Of a stretch of 64,000 bases of DNA, positions 12,421 through 25,343 are shown piece by piece (the stretch's first letter is position 1; every line of letters begins with the position of its first letter). The notes below the pieces were generated by a model. That model did no database searches, was not told the origin of the DNA, and was given only the letters and a program-made list of their open reading frames with translations. The DNA comes from Takakia lepidozioides (taxonomy: Eukaryota; Plantae; Bryophyta), in NCBI GenBank assembly GCA_030704615.1, contig CM060733.1, positions 6,076,001 to 6,140,000 of the forward strand, in the 5' to 3' direction. The position numbers were made by a program, and so were the translations under genes.

Positions 12421-13900
12421 TTAGCATCTTCCAAGAAGGAACTGCCAATCGAGCGGAGAGCCATAAAGAGCCGTCACTGGTGTCATGGCGAACCCTTGGA
12501 CAGCCCCCTGTTTGGTACCAGAGCAGAGTACTTCAAATGTGGCAGATAGGGCAGAAAGTGGATCATTATGTTTGACAACCTGAATGAAAAGGTTTCAAAC
12601 AGATAAGATCTGAAGACCTCCATTAGAAGCTTCAAACAAGTAGACATCTACCACTTTCCACAGTCCTTCAAAAGAAACAATAGAAAAGGAAATTTTCCTT
12701 ACAAGTGACGAACCTTGTAATTGTTTTTACTTGGCAACACCTGATCACATAGAGCATATCAAGATGGATGAGCTCATACCCCAACCCTAACCCAGCAGTA
12801 TAGGGGGAGGGAGAGAGAGAGAGATGGTGATGCTGGTGCTAGATTGTTGTGTAACTCATGGAATCTGTTAAGTTCACCATGTTTGATACACTTGGAATCA
12901 ATGTCATGCTTTGTGGTATTCATTTATTAAGTCCTAAGCAGGTGATGAATTGCAGATATAGTTGATGGAAGTTCAGAATTTGTATGGGGCTCTGACATCT
13001 TGGCACTGGTTTGGACAAACGAGACATTATGGCCCAGCATGCTTTGTTTGGATTGAACACCTGAGTGCATTCGTGAGTTTGTGGGTGCAAATCTGACGGA
13101 GGTAAAGTGTGGAACACTGGTTGTCGGCCAGATATCAAAACACATCCAGCAGACTTTACACCAACCAAAACTAAATACCTCAAATATTGCGTGATCCAGG
13201 AGCTTAATGACTTGTATCATGTTCCTGCTGAAGTTTGCCAATACAATCTTTCAGCCTACCCAGTATGGATGTGGATCAATGCAAGTTTGATCCAATTCCA
13301 TGATGGTGGCAAAGGTAAGGGCTCTATCTTCTCATTTTTATGTCTCTCTTTCATTAACTGATCGGGCACATCAATAGCCAATTATGCACACATATGCAAA
13401 CAAAAAGAAAAGAGGAAAGAAATGATACTGTATAGTGTCCACTGAAAGCCCAAGTTCTTATGAGACAGCTGCTGGAGAGAGAAAGAAGGATACTTCATAT
13501 TGTATCACAGGGGGCCCTCGGGAGCGGAAAACTAGTAGAACAACAAGCAACCAATTCAGAATACATAAAATGATGCTGGAAGATGAGCAGGTAGGCTGCC
13601 AGGCACTTAGCTTCTGCCAAAGATTGGGAATCCATAAAAGAGTAATATGTGCCTCTGATCCACACGGAGTATGCACGACACACGAGGAAGAAATGGCACT
13701 GTCTCCACTTCCTGGGTTGTACAGACATGCCAGATTCTAGCATTATATGGTCTGTCACTCCAAAGTCTTGTCTCAATCTGCAGGGTTTGAAAACCAACAA
13801 AGTAAAGAAAACCAAAGAACTTCACAAGTTTGGCTAGAAGGCACAGTACTCATTACCATTTAGGGATTATTCCAGTTGTCAACTCTGCCCAGAAGAGAAT
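12421..13900 (-). pseudogene. Exon-like fragments of an unidentified gene
   Basis: cattcag|VVKHNDPLSALSATFEVLCSGTKQGAVQGFAMTPVTALYGSPLDWQFLLGRC* (~12578-12421) looks like a terminal exon. Upstream segments have splice-like borders but contain stops. Confidence 0.35.
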
Positions 13901-13957
13901 ATGTTGGCAAGTCAATTCGTGTGTGGAGTTCATTGTGGACTCTCAAACCAATCGAAA

Positions 13958-14385
13958 TATAATCAGACTCCTCTCTCTGCCCTTTGGCCATATAACAATA
14001 ACAGATTTAATAATTTATTTTTATATTTTAATCATCTTTTTAGTTATTTTCAGTTTTCATCTTTTTAGTCATCACCTAAATTAGAATCATTAAAATTTAT
14101 ATCACTGTATGAATTAAATCAACACATATTTATTATTAAAAATAATCAAAAGTTATTCAAAATTTAATTTTTATACAATCATTCACTTGTAACTACACAT
14201 TGCTATTAAACATGTAACAATCGAGTATGTTATAAATATATATATGTTTAAAGATCTATCACACAACTTTCAGTCTCACTTTCATTTTCTAAACATCTAA
14301 AGATCGGACATGTAACAATCTAATTCTAAGTATTTTCAATCTATTTTTTCTTTCTGTTGTAATCAATTAAGAGAGTCTGATTATA
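13958..14385. mobile_element. MITE-like element, ~430 bp
   Basis: Perfect 13-bp inverted ends tataatcagactc (13958-13970) / gagtctgattata (14373-14385), with TA at both outer edges, flank a very AT-rich non-coding interior. Confidence 0.6.
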
Positions 14386-14899
14386 CGCAACATTATCAAA
14401 AACTGAGGAAGATGTACATAAACATTGGAAGAGGCTAAGCGAGATCATGAGAGACTGGAAAACTCTAAAAGATTGTGAAAGACTTTGAAAAGACAACAAT
14501 ATATCGAAAGCAATAGAGTGGAAGACAGTGAAAGATTATCAAAATTCACAGATGGAGATTGTATGAGTTCGTTGTGAAGTTAACATACCTATATATACCC
14601 TCTAAGATAATACTATTGAATGATTATATAAAAAATAATCATCTCTACCAGCTTTATTTATTAATCTAAAAATATAGTAATAGTAGCTATGACAGTCAGG
14701 AAAACTGAATATTAATCACATACCCATAATGAATTTAAAGTAACCGACAAAATCCATTCATTACAAAGACTTCATAGAATATATGGGTTGTCATTATTTA
14801 TTACAAACAAGAAAAATCTATTTATAATAAATATCATCATAATTATTCATCCGTCACATCCATATCTTTATTGCAAATGAAGCTTTAGATCCCTACGAC

Positions 14900-16240
14900 T
14901 TTAAAGCCGCTCTCAAAAACCCATAGAGCGGAAATATATATATATGGGAAAATAGAAAGATATAAATTGCGACCCTAAGAGTCCTAAGAGGGGGAAAATG
15001 GAAAGATATAAATTATTATTTATAATCGCCCTTAGGAATCCTTAGGGCGGCTTTAAGAAGTCCTAAGAGGGGGAAAGTGGAAACATATAAATTATTATCT
15101 ATAATAGCCCTTAGGACTCTCCTTAGGGTGGCATAAGAGGGGGGAAATGAAAAGATATGAACTATTATCCTAATGAGTCCTAAGAGGGGGAAAATAGAAA
15201 GATATAAATTACTATTTATGATCGCCCTTACGACTCCTTAGGGCAGCCCTAAAGAATCCTAAGAAGAGAAAAATGGAAAGATATGAATTGTTATTTATAA
15301 TCGCCATTAGGACTCTTCAGGGCAGCCCTAAGGAGTCCTAAGAGGGGGAAAATGGAAACAGATATATCAGTATTTATAATCGCCTACGAGTCCTTAACCT
15401 TAAGAAGTTCTAAGAGGGGGAAAATGGAAAGATGTAAACTATTATTTATAGTCCATCTTAGGATTCCTTAGATCTGCCCTATGGAGTTCTATGAGGGGAA
15501 AAATGGAAAGATGTAAATTGCTATTTATAGTCGCCCTTAGGTCTCCTTGGAACGGCCCTAAGGACCCCTAAGGAGTCCTAAGGGAAATGGAAAAAATAAA
15601 CTACTATAACAAATGTATCAGCTTTATCAATCACATGAACTATTTATTGGTATGTACCGACAAAATTTGTAGGTTGTCACCATTTATTACATTTGAAACA
15701 AAATTTTGTTCTCGATAAAATAGAATATAACAAAATACAATAGAACTGTCTCTCAGTTCTACTCTTTTACCTTCGTTTGTGTTTCTTCTTTGTTTTTGTT
15801 ATTTGTTTATGATTATTTGTTCTTTCTGTTGTTTGGCAAAATAGAGTTGTTTCTTCAATGGAAAGATGTAATTGTCCTTAGGGCGGCCCTAAAGAGTCAT
15901 AAGAGGAAGAAAATGGAAAGATGTGAATTATTATTTATAATCGCCCTCAGGACTCATTAAGGTGGCCCTAAGGAGTCTTAAGATGGGGAAAATGGAAACA
16001 TATAAATTCTTATTTATAATTGCCCTTATGACTCCTTAGGGCGGCCCTAATAGAAAAATCCTTGGAGCGGCTTAGAGCGGCTCTAAAGGATCCTTAGAGC
16101 GAATGCAAATAGCAATATAGTTTATTCTGTTTTCTTGCTCTAAGTAATGTTAAGATCAAATGTGAATAGCCATTTAGATTTTTTTGTTTTTCCGCTCTAA
16201 TAAATCCTTAGAGCGGCTCTAAAGGATCCTTAGAGCAAAT
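14900..16240. repeat. Array of ~78-bp units, each containing a long palindrome
   Basis: Consensus cttaggactccttaggg-cgg-ccctaaggagtcctaag (17-bp arms) followed by agggggaaaatggaaagatataaattattatttataatcgcc, in about 10 degenerate copies. The array ends carry inverted ctttaaagccgctct / agagcggctctaaag. Confidence 0.85.
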
Positions 16241-17254
16241 ACAAATAACAAATTGAAAGAGGGGGGAGATTGGGGCAATGTAGCTCCGCGTTTTGCGGTG
16301 AGAGAAAGTGATAGAGATAGACGTTCAACGGTTCATTTCCCCTTGCATCTCCTAAGTTTAACACCTTGGAGCTCCTCAAGCACCAAGTCTCCTCAATAAA
16401 ACACCCCTAACTGCACCAGCTAGCCTAAATCCTCCCTAACAAGCTCTCTATCGCCCAAAATGAACACCATCGCCCTACACCTCTCCTCAGAGCGCTTCAG
16501 TCCTTCTCCGTTGAAAAATGAGAGCCAAGGATATTACGATATTATGGGCAAAGGCCCTGAAAATCTATTTAGAAATTAATATATTTTATTTGAAAATAGG
16601 GGACACCGCCAACTTGGAGCTCCTCTTTTTTCTTTTCTTTTTTTAAGGAAAAGGGGAGGTAGCCCTTGGAGCTTTATTGGCTCTCTTGTAGAGAGAGACT
16701 TTGCAACATGTTGAAGACAATTGAGAAAATGTGGTCAAAGGACCTTACACCGTGTCAAGGCTCCGATTGGTGTGTTGTGCTGAGTCATGCCACTTAGTCT
16801 TACCTTCCTCTTATGTTTTGCCAAAGCAAAGCAAGAGAGCCCATTGCCGTTTTAGGCTTGTTTGAATTATTTAAAGGGAAAAAAACAAGCGGCTAGTTGC
16901 GTAATGGCTCCACCCTAATCACAAAACTGAAATGGTAGTGCTGGCGGTCTTGATAATAATGAATTAAATACAAAAAAATAAATGGGAAAAAATAAAATTG
17001 AATGTAGAAGTCATTATGATCAAAATGAGAGAAAATGAATATAATAGAACTAAAGGGACTGAATGGGGGGACTGAATAGTAATTAAACTAAATAGATAAA
17101 TTTGAAGGAACTGAATATAACAAACAGTCTCTGATAATCATATTGTTGAATGACGATATTTAACAACATGGTTTGGTAATTTCAAAGTTATATATATATA
17201 TATGTTACTGTCCAATATGCCTCTATAACTTCTGATATACATTGTTGGTTAGGT

Positions 17255-18105
17255 GTAAACTAAAAATCTGAAGTTTGCAAAACTGAAAATTGAAGTCTGT
17301 AAAACTGAAATCTTTTTTAACTGAGATGTCTGAAGGAGTAGCTGACTGTAAACTGAAAACAAAGGTCTCTAAAACTAAAAACTCAAGTCTGTAAACTGAC
17401 TACTGAAAACTGAAATCTGAAGTGTGTAAAACTGAAATCATTCGTAGTTAAGAAATTAAATGATATGTCTGAAGGACTGGCTGAAAATCGTGCTGTAAAT
17501 TGAAAACTGAGGTCTGTAAAACTGAAATCAATGATAGTTAAGAAATTAACTGAGATGTCTCAAGGACTGGATGAAAATCTTGTTGTAAACTGAAAACTAA
17601 AGTCTATAAAACTGAAAACTGAAATCAATGGTAGTTAAAAAGATAACTGAGATGTCTGAAGGACCGGGTGAAAATCTTGTTGTAAACTGAAAACTGAAGT
17701 CTGTAAAACTGAAATCAATGGTAATTAAAAAATGAACTGAGATGGTGGCTAAATTTTTTGTTGTAAACTGAAAACTGAGGTCTATAAATTGAAAATTGAA
17801 GTTTGTAAAACTGAAATCAATGGTAGTTAAAAAGATAACTGAGATGTCTGAAGGACCGGGTGAAAATCTTGTTGTAAACTGAAAACTGAAGTCTGTAAAA
17901 CTGAAATCAATGGTAATTAAAAAATGAACTGAGATGGTGGCTAAATTTTTTGTTGTAAACTGAAAACTGAGGTCTATAAATTGAAAATTGAAGTTTGTAA
18001 AATTGAAATCAATGGTAGTCAGAAATTTGCTGAGATGTCTGAAAAACTCGCTGAAATCTTGCTGTAAACTGAAAACCGAAGTCTGTAAAACTGAAAACTG
18101 AAGTA
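17255..18105. repeat. Minisatellite built from (A)AACTGAAA motifs, with ~90-100 bp units and a ~191-bp higher-order duplication
   Basis: ctgaaatcaatggtagttaa...actgagatgtctgaaggac...gttgtaaactgaaaactgaagtctgtaaaa is repeated; 17620-17810 is nearly identical to 17811-18000. Confidence 0.92.
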
Positions 18106-19399
18106 TGAAGCAGCAGCATCCAACAAAGTAGACTATAGATGTAGAAAGTCAAAAACTCCGAGCAAATCCGAGTAAGTCCTAGCATATGCTAAATGATCGC
18201 AAAGGCTGAAGCAGGATAGACATGAAACAGTTCTATAGTCTAGTATGTTGTAAGATCTAGGTCATCTACACACAGCAGAGGGCGCTCTCGCTTGAGTGCT
18301 CCTACCATAGCTTCAAATTTAAAGAGAGAAAATGATTTGCAACTAGAGAAGAAGAGGCATAGCAAGAGAAAATAAAGGAGTTTGAGATAAACATAATTTC
18401 ATCTTTATACCTTCATAGGGAGTAGTTATCAATGACCTAAATGAAAGACCTTTATAAAAAAAAAAACTGTAAGTAAAAGACCTAAATGAACATGTTTTTT
18501 TGTGACGTCCTTTCATATGGGGTAATTATGAATGACCTACATGAAAGACCTAAAAATGAAAGACCTACAAATAAAAGATCTAAATGCTTGTAACGTCTTT
18601 TCATAAAACTAATGCTCAAATTCTACCAAAGCGAATAAATATTCGGGGCGTGCAAAGGTTCGATCCCAGAACATCAAGTCCATGCCAATTATTAAGCATC
18701 GTGGAATACTAAAGTCTATATATCAGAAGTTTTGTTCCACTAATTTTTTTCATGAAACTAATGCTTATTTGACCCAGAATCATCTAGATGACACATATTG
18801 TATTAACTTGTGGAGGTATATCCTCCAAATTCGGGTGTAGGTACCTCTAAATGGGTGTTTTCTAGTGTAGGTGTTTTCTGGTGCAAGTATTATCTAGTGC
18901 AGGTATTATCTGGTGTAGGTACATCAGGATCTTGGCTCTTTTCAGCACTGATGCGTGGTCTCCTCTTGAGAGAGGAGCCAATAAAAACCCTTGGGTGCCC
19001 GAAGGCTGCCATAAGGCATGTTCACACGGAGGCCATGCTGGATAATTCATGAACTATGGCACTATGAAGAAAAAACCATATGAGCAGGCTCATGGAATGA
19101 GCCTCATTGCCTCTGCAACCTCAAAATAGCGAGCCAATGCCATAACAAATATGAATCGATGCAGTCAAGCCCAGAGGGCCCTAGTCCTTGAGTACTCCTA
19201 CCCTGAGATGTTGCCCGAATGAAACTAGCAAACACTATGGCCTAGAACAAGAACCAATGAAGTAACTAGAAGAATTAAGGAGAAGAAGAAGGTGAGGTGA
19301 GGAGGGAAAGTGGGAGGGGAGGGGAGGGGGAAAGCCCTACGGGGACCCTCCTCTGAAGACTGAAAATGAGGCCTTTCTACGAGGAAGAGCTTGCCCCCC

Positions 19400-20930
19400 A
19401 TATAAAGCTCCCCCTACATCTTTTGACTTCGTTGATGAACTTAGAGTCAGGGCCCCAGGAAGAGGCAAAGTACTAAATGCCCGCCATGAGTATCTGGTTG
19501 GCGGTCAAGGCTCTTGATCCAGTGATGGATAGGTGGAGAGATCCCCAGTAGGCCAGCTACCTTTTGAGAGTTTAAATAGTAGCGCCCATACGCTAGTCTT
19601 CGGTAGGGTTGATGCCAAAGGTATGCCCAAGCAGCATGGTGGGCTCACCTTCTTTCAGCCAAACTAAGCCAAGGTGATCCCCCCAGGTGGGAACCAGTCC
19701 TCCTACTATGGAGGATTTGGAGGTATCTCCCAGTCCAGCAGGGCCTTGGTTTTGGACCAGTTGACTCTAAATCCACATACGTCACAAAATTGCAGGAAAG
19801 TCTCTTCGGCTGCAGTCAGGATAGAGGGGGTTGCCTCCAAAAGCAGGAAAGTGTCATCAACAATCATTGAGTCCTTGACTTGACGCCATAGCTAGGTTCT
19901 AGGATTCTGAAGCTTCAAGCCTTTCACCCTACAGTTATCCTCCAGCATGTAACCCAGGGCATCTGCCACAAATAGGAAAAGGAGATGGGCTAGAGGGCAC
20001 CCTTGCGCCCTAACGGACCTCTAAAGCGGGAATGGCTTGGAAAGATTCCCGTTGATGGTAACCTTGCTTGTGGCACCGTTCAGCAGAATAGTAACCCATT
20101 GGCAGAAACCCGGAGACAGCCCAGCTTTTTGAAGCACTGCAAGGAGAAAGGTCCAGTCTACCCTGTCAAATGTCTTCTCAAAGTCAAGAAGCCAGAGAGC
20201 CAGGGCTTGACCTGACTTGGTGGTGAAGGAGGAAGCTTCTTGGGCAAGGAGAACATTGTCCAAGATAGACCTTCCTTTGATGAAACCCGTTTGTCCAATC
20301 CTGATCATTGTAGGGAGCAGAGATTGGATGCGAAGAGCAAAGGTCTTTAGCGATGATAGGCTACGTTACGGAATGTGATCGGTCTGTAATTGCCTATAGA
20401 AGCCTTGTCCCCTTTCTTGAAGAGCAGGATTATGACCCCTTGGGTCATAGACTCCGGCATTTGCCCTCTGGCTTTAATCCCCTTTGCCATTTTGAAGAAA
20501 TCATCAGCTATGGTGGACCATATGGCCTTGTAGACTTCCACAGGCATCTCATCAATCCCTGGAGCCTCGTTGTTACTCATGTGGTTGAGAACCTCTTCAG
20601 CTCGAGTGCAGTAAAATCAGCATCCAGGGTCAAGGAGTCAACTGGAAGAAGCTTTTGCGGGAAGGATTGAAGGCAATCCCTTAGGTGGATATGGTAGTGA
20701 GGGTCCTTGGGGACAGTCTGGAATAGCGATGAGAAGTGGTGAAATGCAGAATTGCACATCTCTCTGGGGTTGGAGGATTTGAGTCCTTGAGCATTTGAGT
20801 ATAGTTCAGAGATGGATTGGGTAGCCCTTTGCAACTTCATTTTTTGACAGAAGTATTTAGACATCTTCTCACCTTTAGTAGAACAGTTGATGCCCGCGTG
20901 AAGCTTCATTTTGTTTTTTAGAAGGAGATT
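19400..20930 (-). mobile_element. Degenerate L1-clade LINE, ORF2 reverse-transcriptase region
   Basis: APGIDEMPVEVYK, IILLFKKGDKASIGNYRPIT, QTGFIKGRSILDNVLLAQE, LDFEKTFDRVDW, then RQGCPLA..LF and a degenerate (F/Y)ADD. Broken by frameshifts and stops. Confidence 0.92.
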
Positions 20931-20993
20931 GTAACTGTCGAGGTAGGTAGCTCCTCTTCATGTTGGAAAAATGTTATGTATGAGAATTTATTA

Positions 20994-21110
20994 TAGGGTA
21001 ATGCCCTGAGTGGAGGGCATTACCCGATTTAAGGGCTTGACGCCAAGGACGGTAGCCCGAGGGTAAGGCCCAAAAATCCGGGAATGCCCCACACAAGGGG
21101 CATTACCCTG
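20994..21110. repeat. Short GC-rich inverted-repeat cluster (possible DNA-transposon end)
   Basis: gggtaatgccct-gagtgg-agggcattaccc forms a 12-bp stem, followed by a related gggaatgcccc...ggggcattaccc. Confidence 0.5.
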
Positions 21111-22097
21111 CGTAAAGAAATGCCATTTAAAAATAAATAAAAATATCTAATGGCCGGTGCATCTGCATTTCGGAATGCACTTGAGGGAGGAGATGGGTGC
21201 ATTCCCGCCAGGTGGAATGGTGGAATAAACCCCGATGAATTTTACTTTTTTAACGGCACAATAAATACAAACAAATGTTTTTGGCAGTGCTTTACGTGTT
21301 GATGAGATATTGTGCTAGCCCCTAAAGGATGGCGCGACCCAATCGGATCGCGTTGCCACAATATAGCTTTCATGGATGACAGTGGATGGTAATGGACCCT
21401 AAAGATAATTTGTACAGGTTTTGGTGGAGCACATGTGGGAATTTACAGTGCTCTAAAATAATAAAAGCTATACTCCCTAGAAATTTCCAAAGTGCCAGGG
21501 CCAGAAATCCGTTGTCCACCACCATTGACCTGCGCATTTGGTAGGCCAAATGGGCAATCTAGTAACTAACATCTAGGGCTGAAAAGTTTCAAAGTTATCA
21601 AAGTTTTGGACAACGCATTATGTAACAATTTGTCCCCAAGATCTCACATACAAAGCACCGTGATTTTTGGGGGAGGCACTCCTTTAGGTGCCATATAATC
21701 AGATTATGGAGGGCATGTGTTTGGGAAAATTCAATTTGATACTTGAATTTTATTTCATGCAATTTTGGAATACATCTACATATTGGGACAAATAAATTTT
21801 TATATACTCTCCCAAATGCAATAGTAAAATTGTCTACATTTTTTAGAGGAAGTGGATGTAATAGATATGCACATAAGTACAAGGTTCATCCATATGGATG
21901 ATTAGGATTAAAAAGTTACACCTTCATCCATGACGCTATGCACTTTTTTTTAGTAGGCCCACCAAAGCTAGTAAGGAGTATAATTAGGCAGCAATATCTG
22001 CTAATATGCAATTGCTGAGCATTCATCAAACAAAGGTTGTCTTTGATTTGTAAAAGCCTTATATTACTCACAAGGTCCCCAAACCTTTGGAGATAAT

Positions 22098-22235
22098 CAA
22101 GATGTAGCCCAATGGTAATGGGCACAAACCATCTCAAAAGTGGTTGCGGATTCAATCCACTGATGGTTGTCACAAAAGTGTCCGCCTACTTGCTGGAAGC
22201 TAATATCCCTTGGGGACACAATTTTTTTTTTATTG
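22098..22235 (+). mobile_element. tRNA-derived SINE (family 1)
   Basis: A-box-like tagcccaatggtaa, B-box-like ggattcaatcc and a T-rich tail. Homologous to copies at 22301, 37964 and 59931. Confidence 0.65.
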
Positions 22236-22300
22236 CTTCCTTGTAAAGGCGTAATTAATTTTTTTTTAATTTTTTTTCTTACTCTTAATTTGATTGGCAC

Positions 22301-22356
22301 CAAGTTGTAACCGAGTGGTAATGGGCACATACCACGTCAGAAGTGCCTATGGGTTC
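22301..22356 (+). mobile_element. 5' half of a family-1 SINE, cut at its B-box by an LTR
   Basis: caagttgtaaccgagtggtaatgggcacatacc...tatgggttc aligns with the 22098 and 59931 copies, then switches to TGTCA at 22357. Confidence 0.65.
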
Positions 22357-25260
22357 TGTCATGGTTTTAGTCATGGTTGTCTAGAATTACCTACTTCTAG
22401 TTAACTAGGACATTTTAGATATTTATATTTATATTTTGTGTGTTGGGACTTCATTTGGTCTCACATGTCAAGTGAGGTGTCGAGCCTCACTTGAGACATG
22501 GAGATAGGTTTTCCCCTTGTGAGTGTTGAGGAGGCTCATCTTCTTGTAGTTGAGCCTCCATGAGCTTCTCTCACCTCCATAGCTCTAGGTATTGAGAGAG
22601 AGTGTGTTGAGGGCTTTGTAGGGTGGATTCCTTTAACAAAGGTGCCCTTGGCTTGACTTAGTTTATGTGATAGAGTGGATTTCACTTGGAAGGACTAGGG
22701 CTTGTTCTTCATGTGATTGCTTCATGCTTTGAGAGCTTTCATTGTCTTATACTTCTCTCATTTCTCATCTCTTATCACTACAAGAAGATCACCTTATGCT
22801 TGTGAGTGCGGAGTGTAAGGATTAGTTTTGCACTTGTATTTTAAAGAGGTTGAGAGCTAGGAGAATTTAGCTCTTATATCACAAGGTTTGCAAAGGGTTG
22901 CAAGGAAAGGTGCTCGAGTATTGCATGCACCAAGGAGTTGGAGAGCTTGAGAAGAAAGCTCTTGAGTCACAAGATTTTGCAAGGATTGTAAGGAGGAAGT
23001 CTTGTGTTTGTGGAAGCATGGATTCTAGGGTTTGAGAATCATTTGTATGCGTTATGGAGTCGATGGTGTGCGCCATGGTTTGTGGAGAGTGACTAAAGGT
23101 GCATGTGTGGAGCATGCTCGCTTGAGTTTGTAAGTTCAAGTTTGAGAAGGGAAGCTCTTGAACTAGCAAGAGGTGAAGGCCTTTGAGATCCATTTGTGTG
23201 TGAAGTGGAGAGGTGTTGATTCATGTTATGATGAAGGAGAGCAACACATAGGCCAAGAGGTCATGAAACATGCATTCAAATGACCACGGGGAGCACATGG
23301 ATGATGGATTGGTGCAAGACCCCAAATGAGGCATATGGCGTGAGAGTGGGATCCAAGGCGGATTGCTTGGGAGCATTATTGTAAGTGACAAGCATTGCTC
23401 CTACACATTGAGATAATTTGTGTTGATTTGGAGCAATTGTCAAGTGATGAGGAGACAAATGCATGATTGCTCGGCAATTGAGATATGGTAGTTTGCAATC
23501 AAATCCCAAGGACTAGAAGGGGGATTGATTTGGTGGACAATGACTTGCAAGTTGAGTTGGACCACTCTTGGTTGCATATTGGGGTAGAAGAGAGCAAGAA
23601 GATGCCTCTTATGACCACCTAGAGACCATATTTTTGCTTGAGTAGAAGCATAGAAGTCAAGGACTTGCATTCTAGCTCTTCATTACAAACCCTAGTAGTG
23701 TATGCTCAGACTATACCTCTGTTAGTATACCAAACAGGATCTTGTCCCTTTGACTATACCTCGGTCTGGAAAGTTTGAAGGTCCCACATGGATGGAACTG
23801 CGGCACCGCATTTCCGTCCCACAGCTCCAGGCCTCATATACAAAACGAAAATGCGGTGCCGCATTTCCGTTCTGGAATGTTGGAAGGTGCGACTCGGACG
23901 GAAATGCGGTGCCGCATTTCAGTTCCAATGGTTCACGATTTTCAGTCACAACGGAAATGCGGTACCGCATTTCCGTTCTAGAGAGTATGAAGGTCTCAAA
24001 TGGACGGAAATGCGGTGCAAAATTTTCGTCCCTCCGCTCCATGCCTGAGATAGAAAACGGAAATACGGCGCCGCATACCATATGTGAACCCTAATGTGAG
24101 ACTATACCTCTGTTAGTATACCAAACATGAGCTTGTCCATTTTACTATACCTCTATTGAGGTATCACCATATGTGAACCCTAATCAGCTCAGACTATACC
24201 TCTGTTAGTATACCAAACAGGAGCTTGTCCCTTTTACTATACCTCTATTGAGGTATCACCATATGTGGACCCTAATCAGCTCAGATTATACCTCTGTTAG
24301 TATACCAAACAGAACCCTCATTTTCAGACTATACCTCTGTAAAGGTATCATCAACATAAGGGACCCTAGCAACCTCAGACTATACCTCTGTTAAGGTATC
24401 AACAGTGAAAGGACTTAGTGAAATTTAAGGGCCTTTGGAGGATTGTTTGGAAGATATTTGAGGGCCCTTGGAGGAGTATTTGGAGGATCTTTGGGGTCCT
24501 TGGAGGAGTGTTTGGAGTATCTTTGGGGTCCTTGGAGGACCCTTCGAGGAGCTTTGGTGGACAATGTTGAAGAGCTCTTGAAGGATTGATTGAGGGATAC
24601 TGAAGGATACTTGCCACGGCCATACAAGCGAGTGGATAGAGACAGGAGGAAGAGTGGTGGGATGAGAGCATTCTGGGGTTAGGAATTGCTTTAGTTTCTC
24701 TTCTCCATAGTCTTTCACCCTCTCTGTAGGCCAAAACCTTTCCGTAGGTGGAGGCAAGAGTCAGTCCGGGTTTGGGCTGGGGTGTCCTTGCAGGAGCGAC
24801 ACTGTGAAGTGTTTTTGGTGTGGGGGAGTTGCTGTCTTGATTTTCTTATGTTTGGATCCCCTCCACACCTGCATGCTTGACTGTGCGCCATGTTAGCTTT
24901 GTGTGGGCGCTTGTTTTCATAGGAGGTTGGTCCGGATTGGAAATGCGGTACCGCATTTCCGTTCCACCTTCACATACCTTAGTTGATGAACAGAAATGTC
25001 GTGCCACATTTCCGTTCGGGAAAGTATAAAGTCTCACCTGAATGGAGATGCGGTATGTCGGAAGGTGCGACTTGGCCAATCCTAGAGTATGTTGTCGGTG
25101 GTGAGGCTGGAGTGATGACCAGCAAGACCACCAGTGTTTCTTCTATGGTGAGGCTGGGTTGATGACCAGCAGACCATAGGAGTGCTTGCGGTGGATGCAG
25201 GTGCAGGTACAGGTCTACGTTAGAAACCTATTATTCGTGCTTGAACTAGTAGCCGCAACA
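22357..25260 (+). mobile_element. LTR-like region upstream of the gag gene (probably composite)
   Basis: Starts TGTCA and shares blocks (ggaggctcatctt, ttggcttgactt, ttatcact.caaga.agatca, gcatgtgtggagcatg) with the minus-strand LTR at 35605-37963. Contains internal tandem repeats. The tentative end is ...gccgcaACA at 25260. It lacks the sequence that starts the 3' LTR at 32808. Confidence 0.6.
23700..24400. repeat. Tandem repeats ctcagactatacctctgttagtataccaaacag, interrupted by a palindrome array with 53-bp period (23793-24080)
   Basis: ctatacctct-based units of ~45 and ~92 bp. The near-perfect palindrome cggaaatgcggt(a/g)ccgcatttccg starts at 23793, 23846, 23899, 23952, 24005 and 24058, with further copies near 24938, 24991 and 25043. 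Confidence 0.92.
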
Positions 25261-25343
25261 GGTTCTTTACCCGGTTACCTTGTAGAAAGTGGGGATTAGA
25301 GACAGGTTGACAACCGGTTGGGTTGTGAGTTTTCATCACGGAG

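Noticed and set aside
18640-18700. tRNA gene (ggttcgatccc)
   Set aside because: Only a T-loop-like word; no cloverleaf or A-box at the right spacing.
23793-24080. CRISPR array (palindromic 24-25 bp repeats with ~28-bp spacers)
   Set aside because: Spacers are related to one another in an alternating pattern, there are no cas genes, and the context is a eukaryotic LTR region. It is a higher-order tandem repeat.
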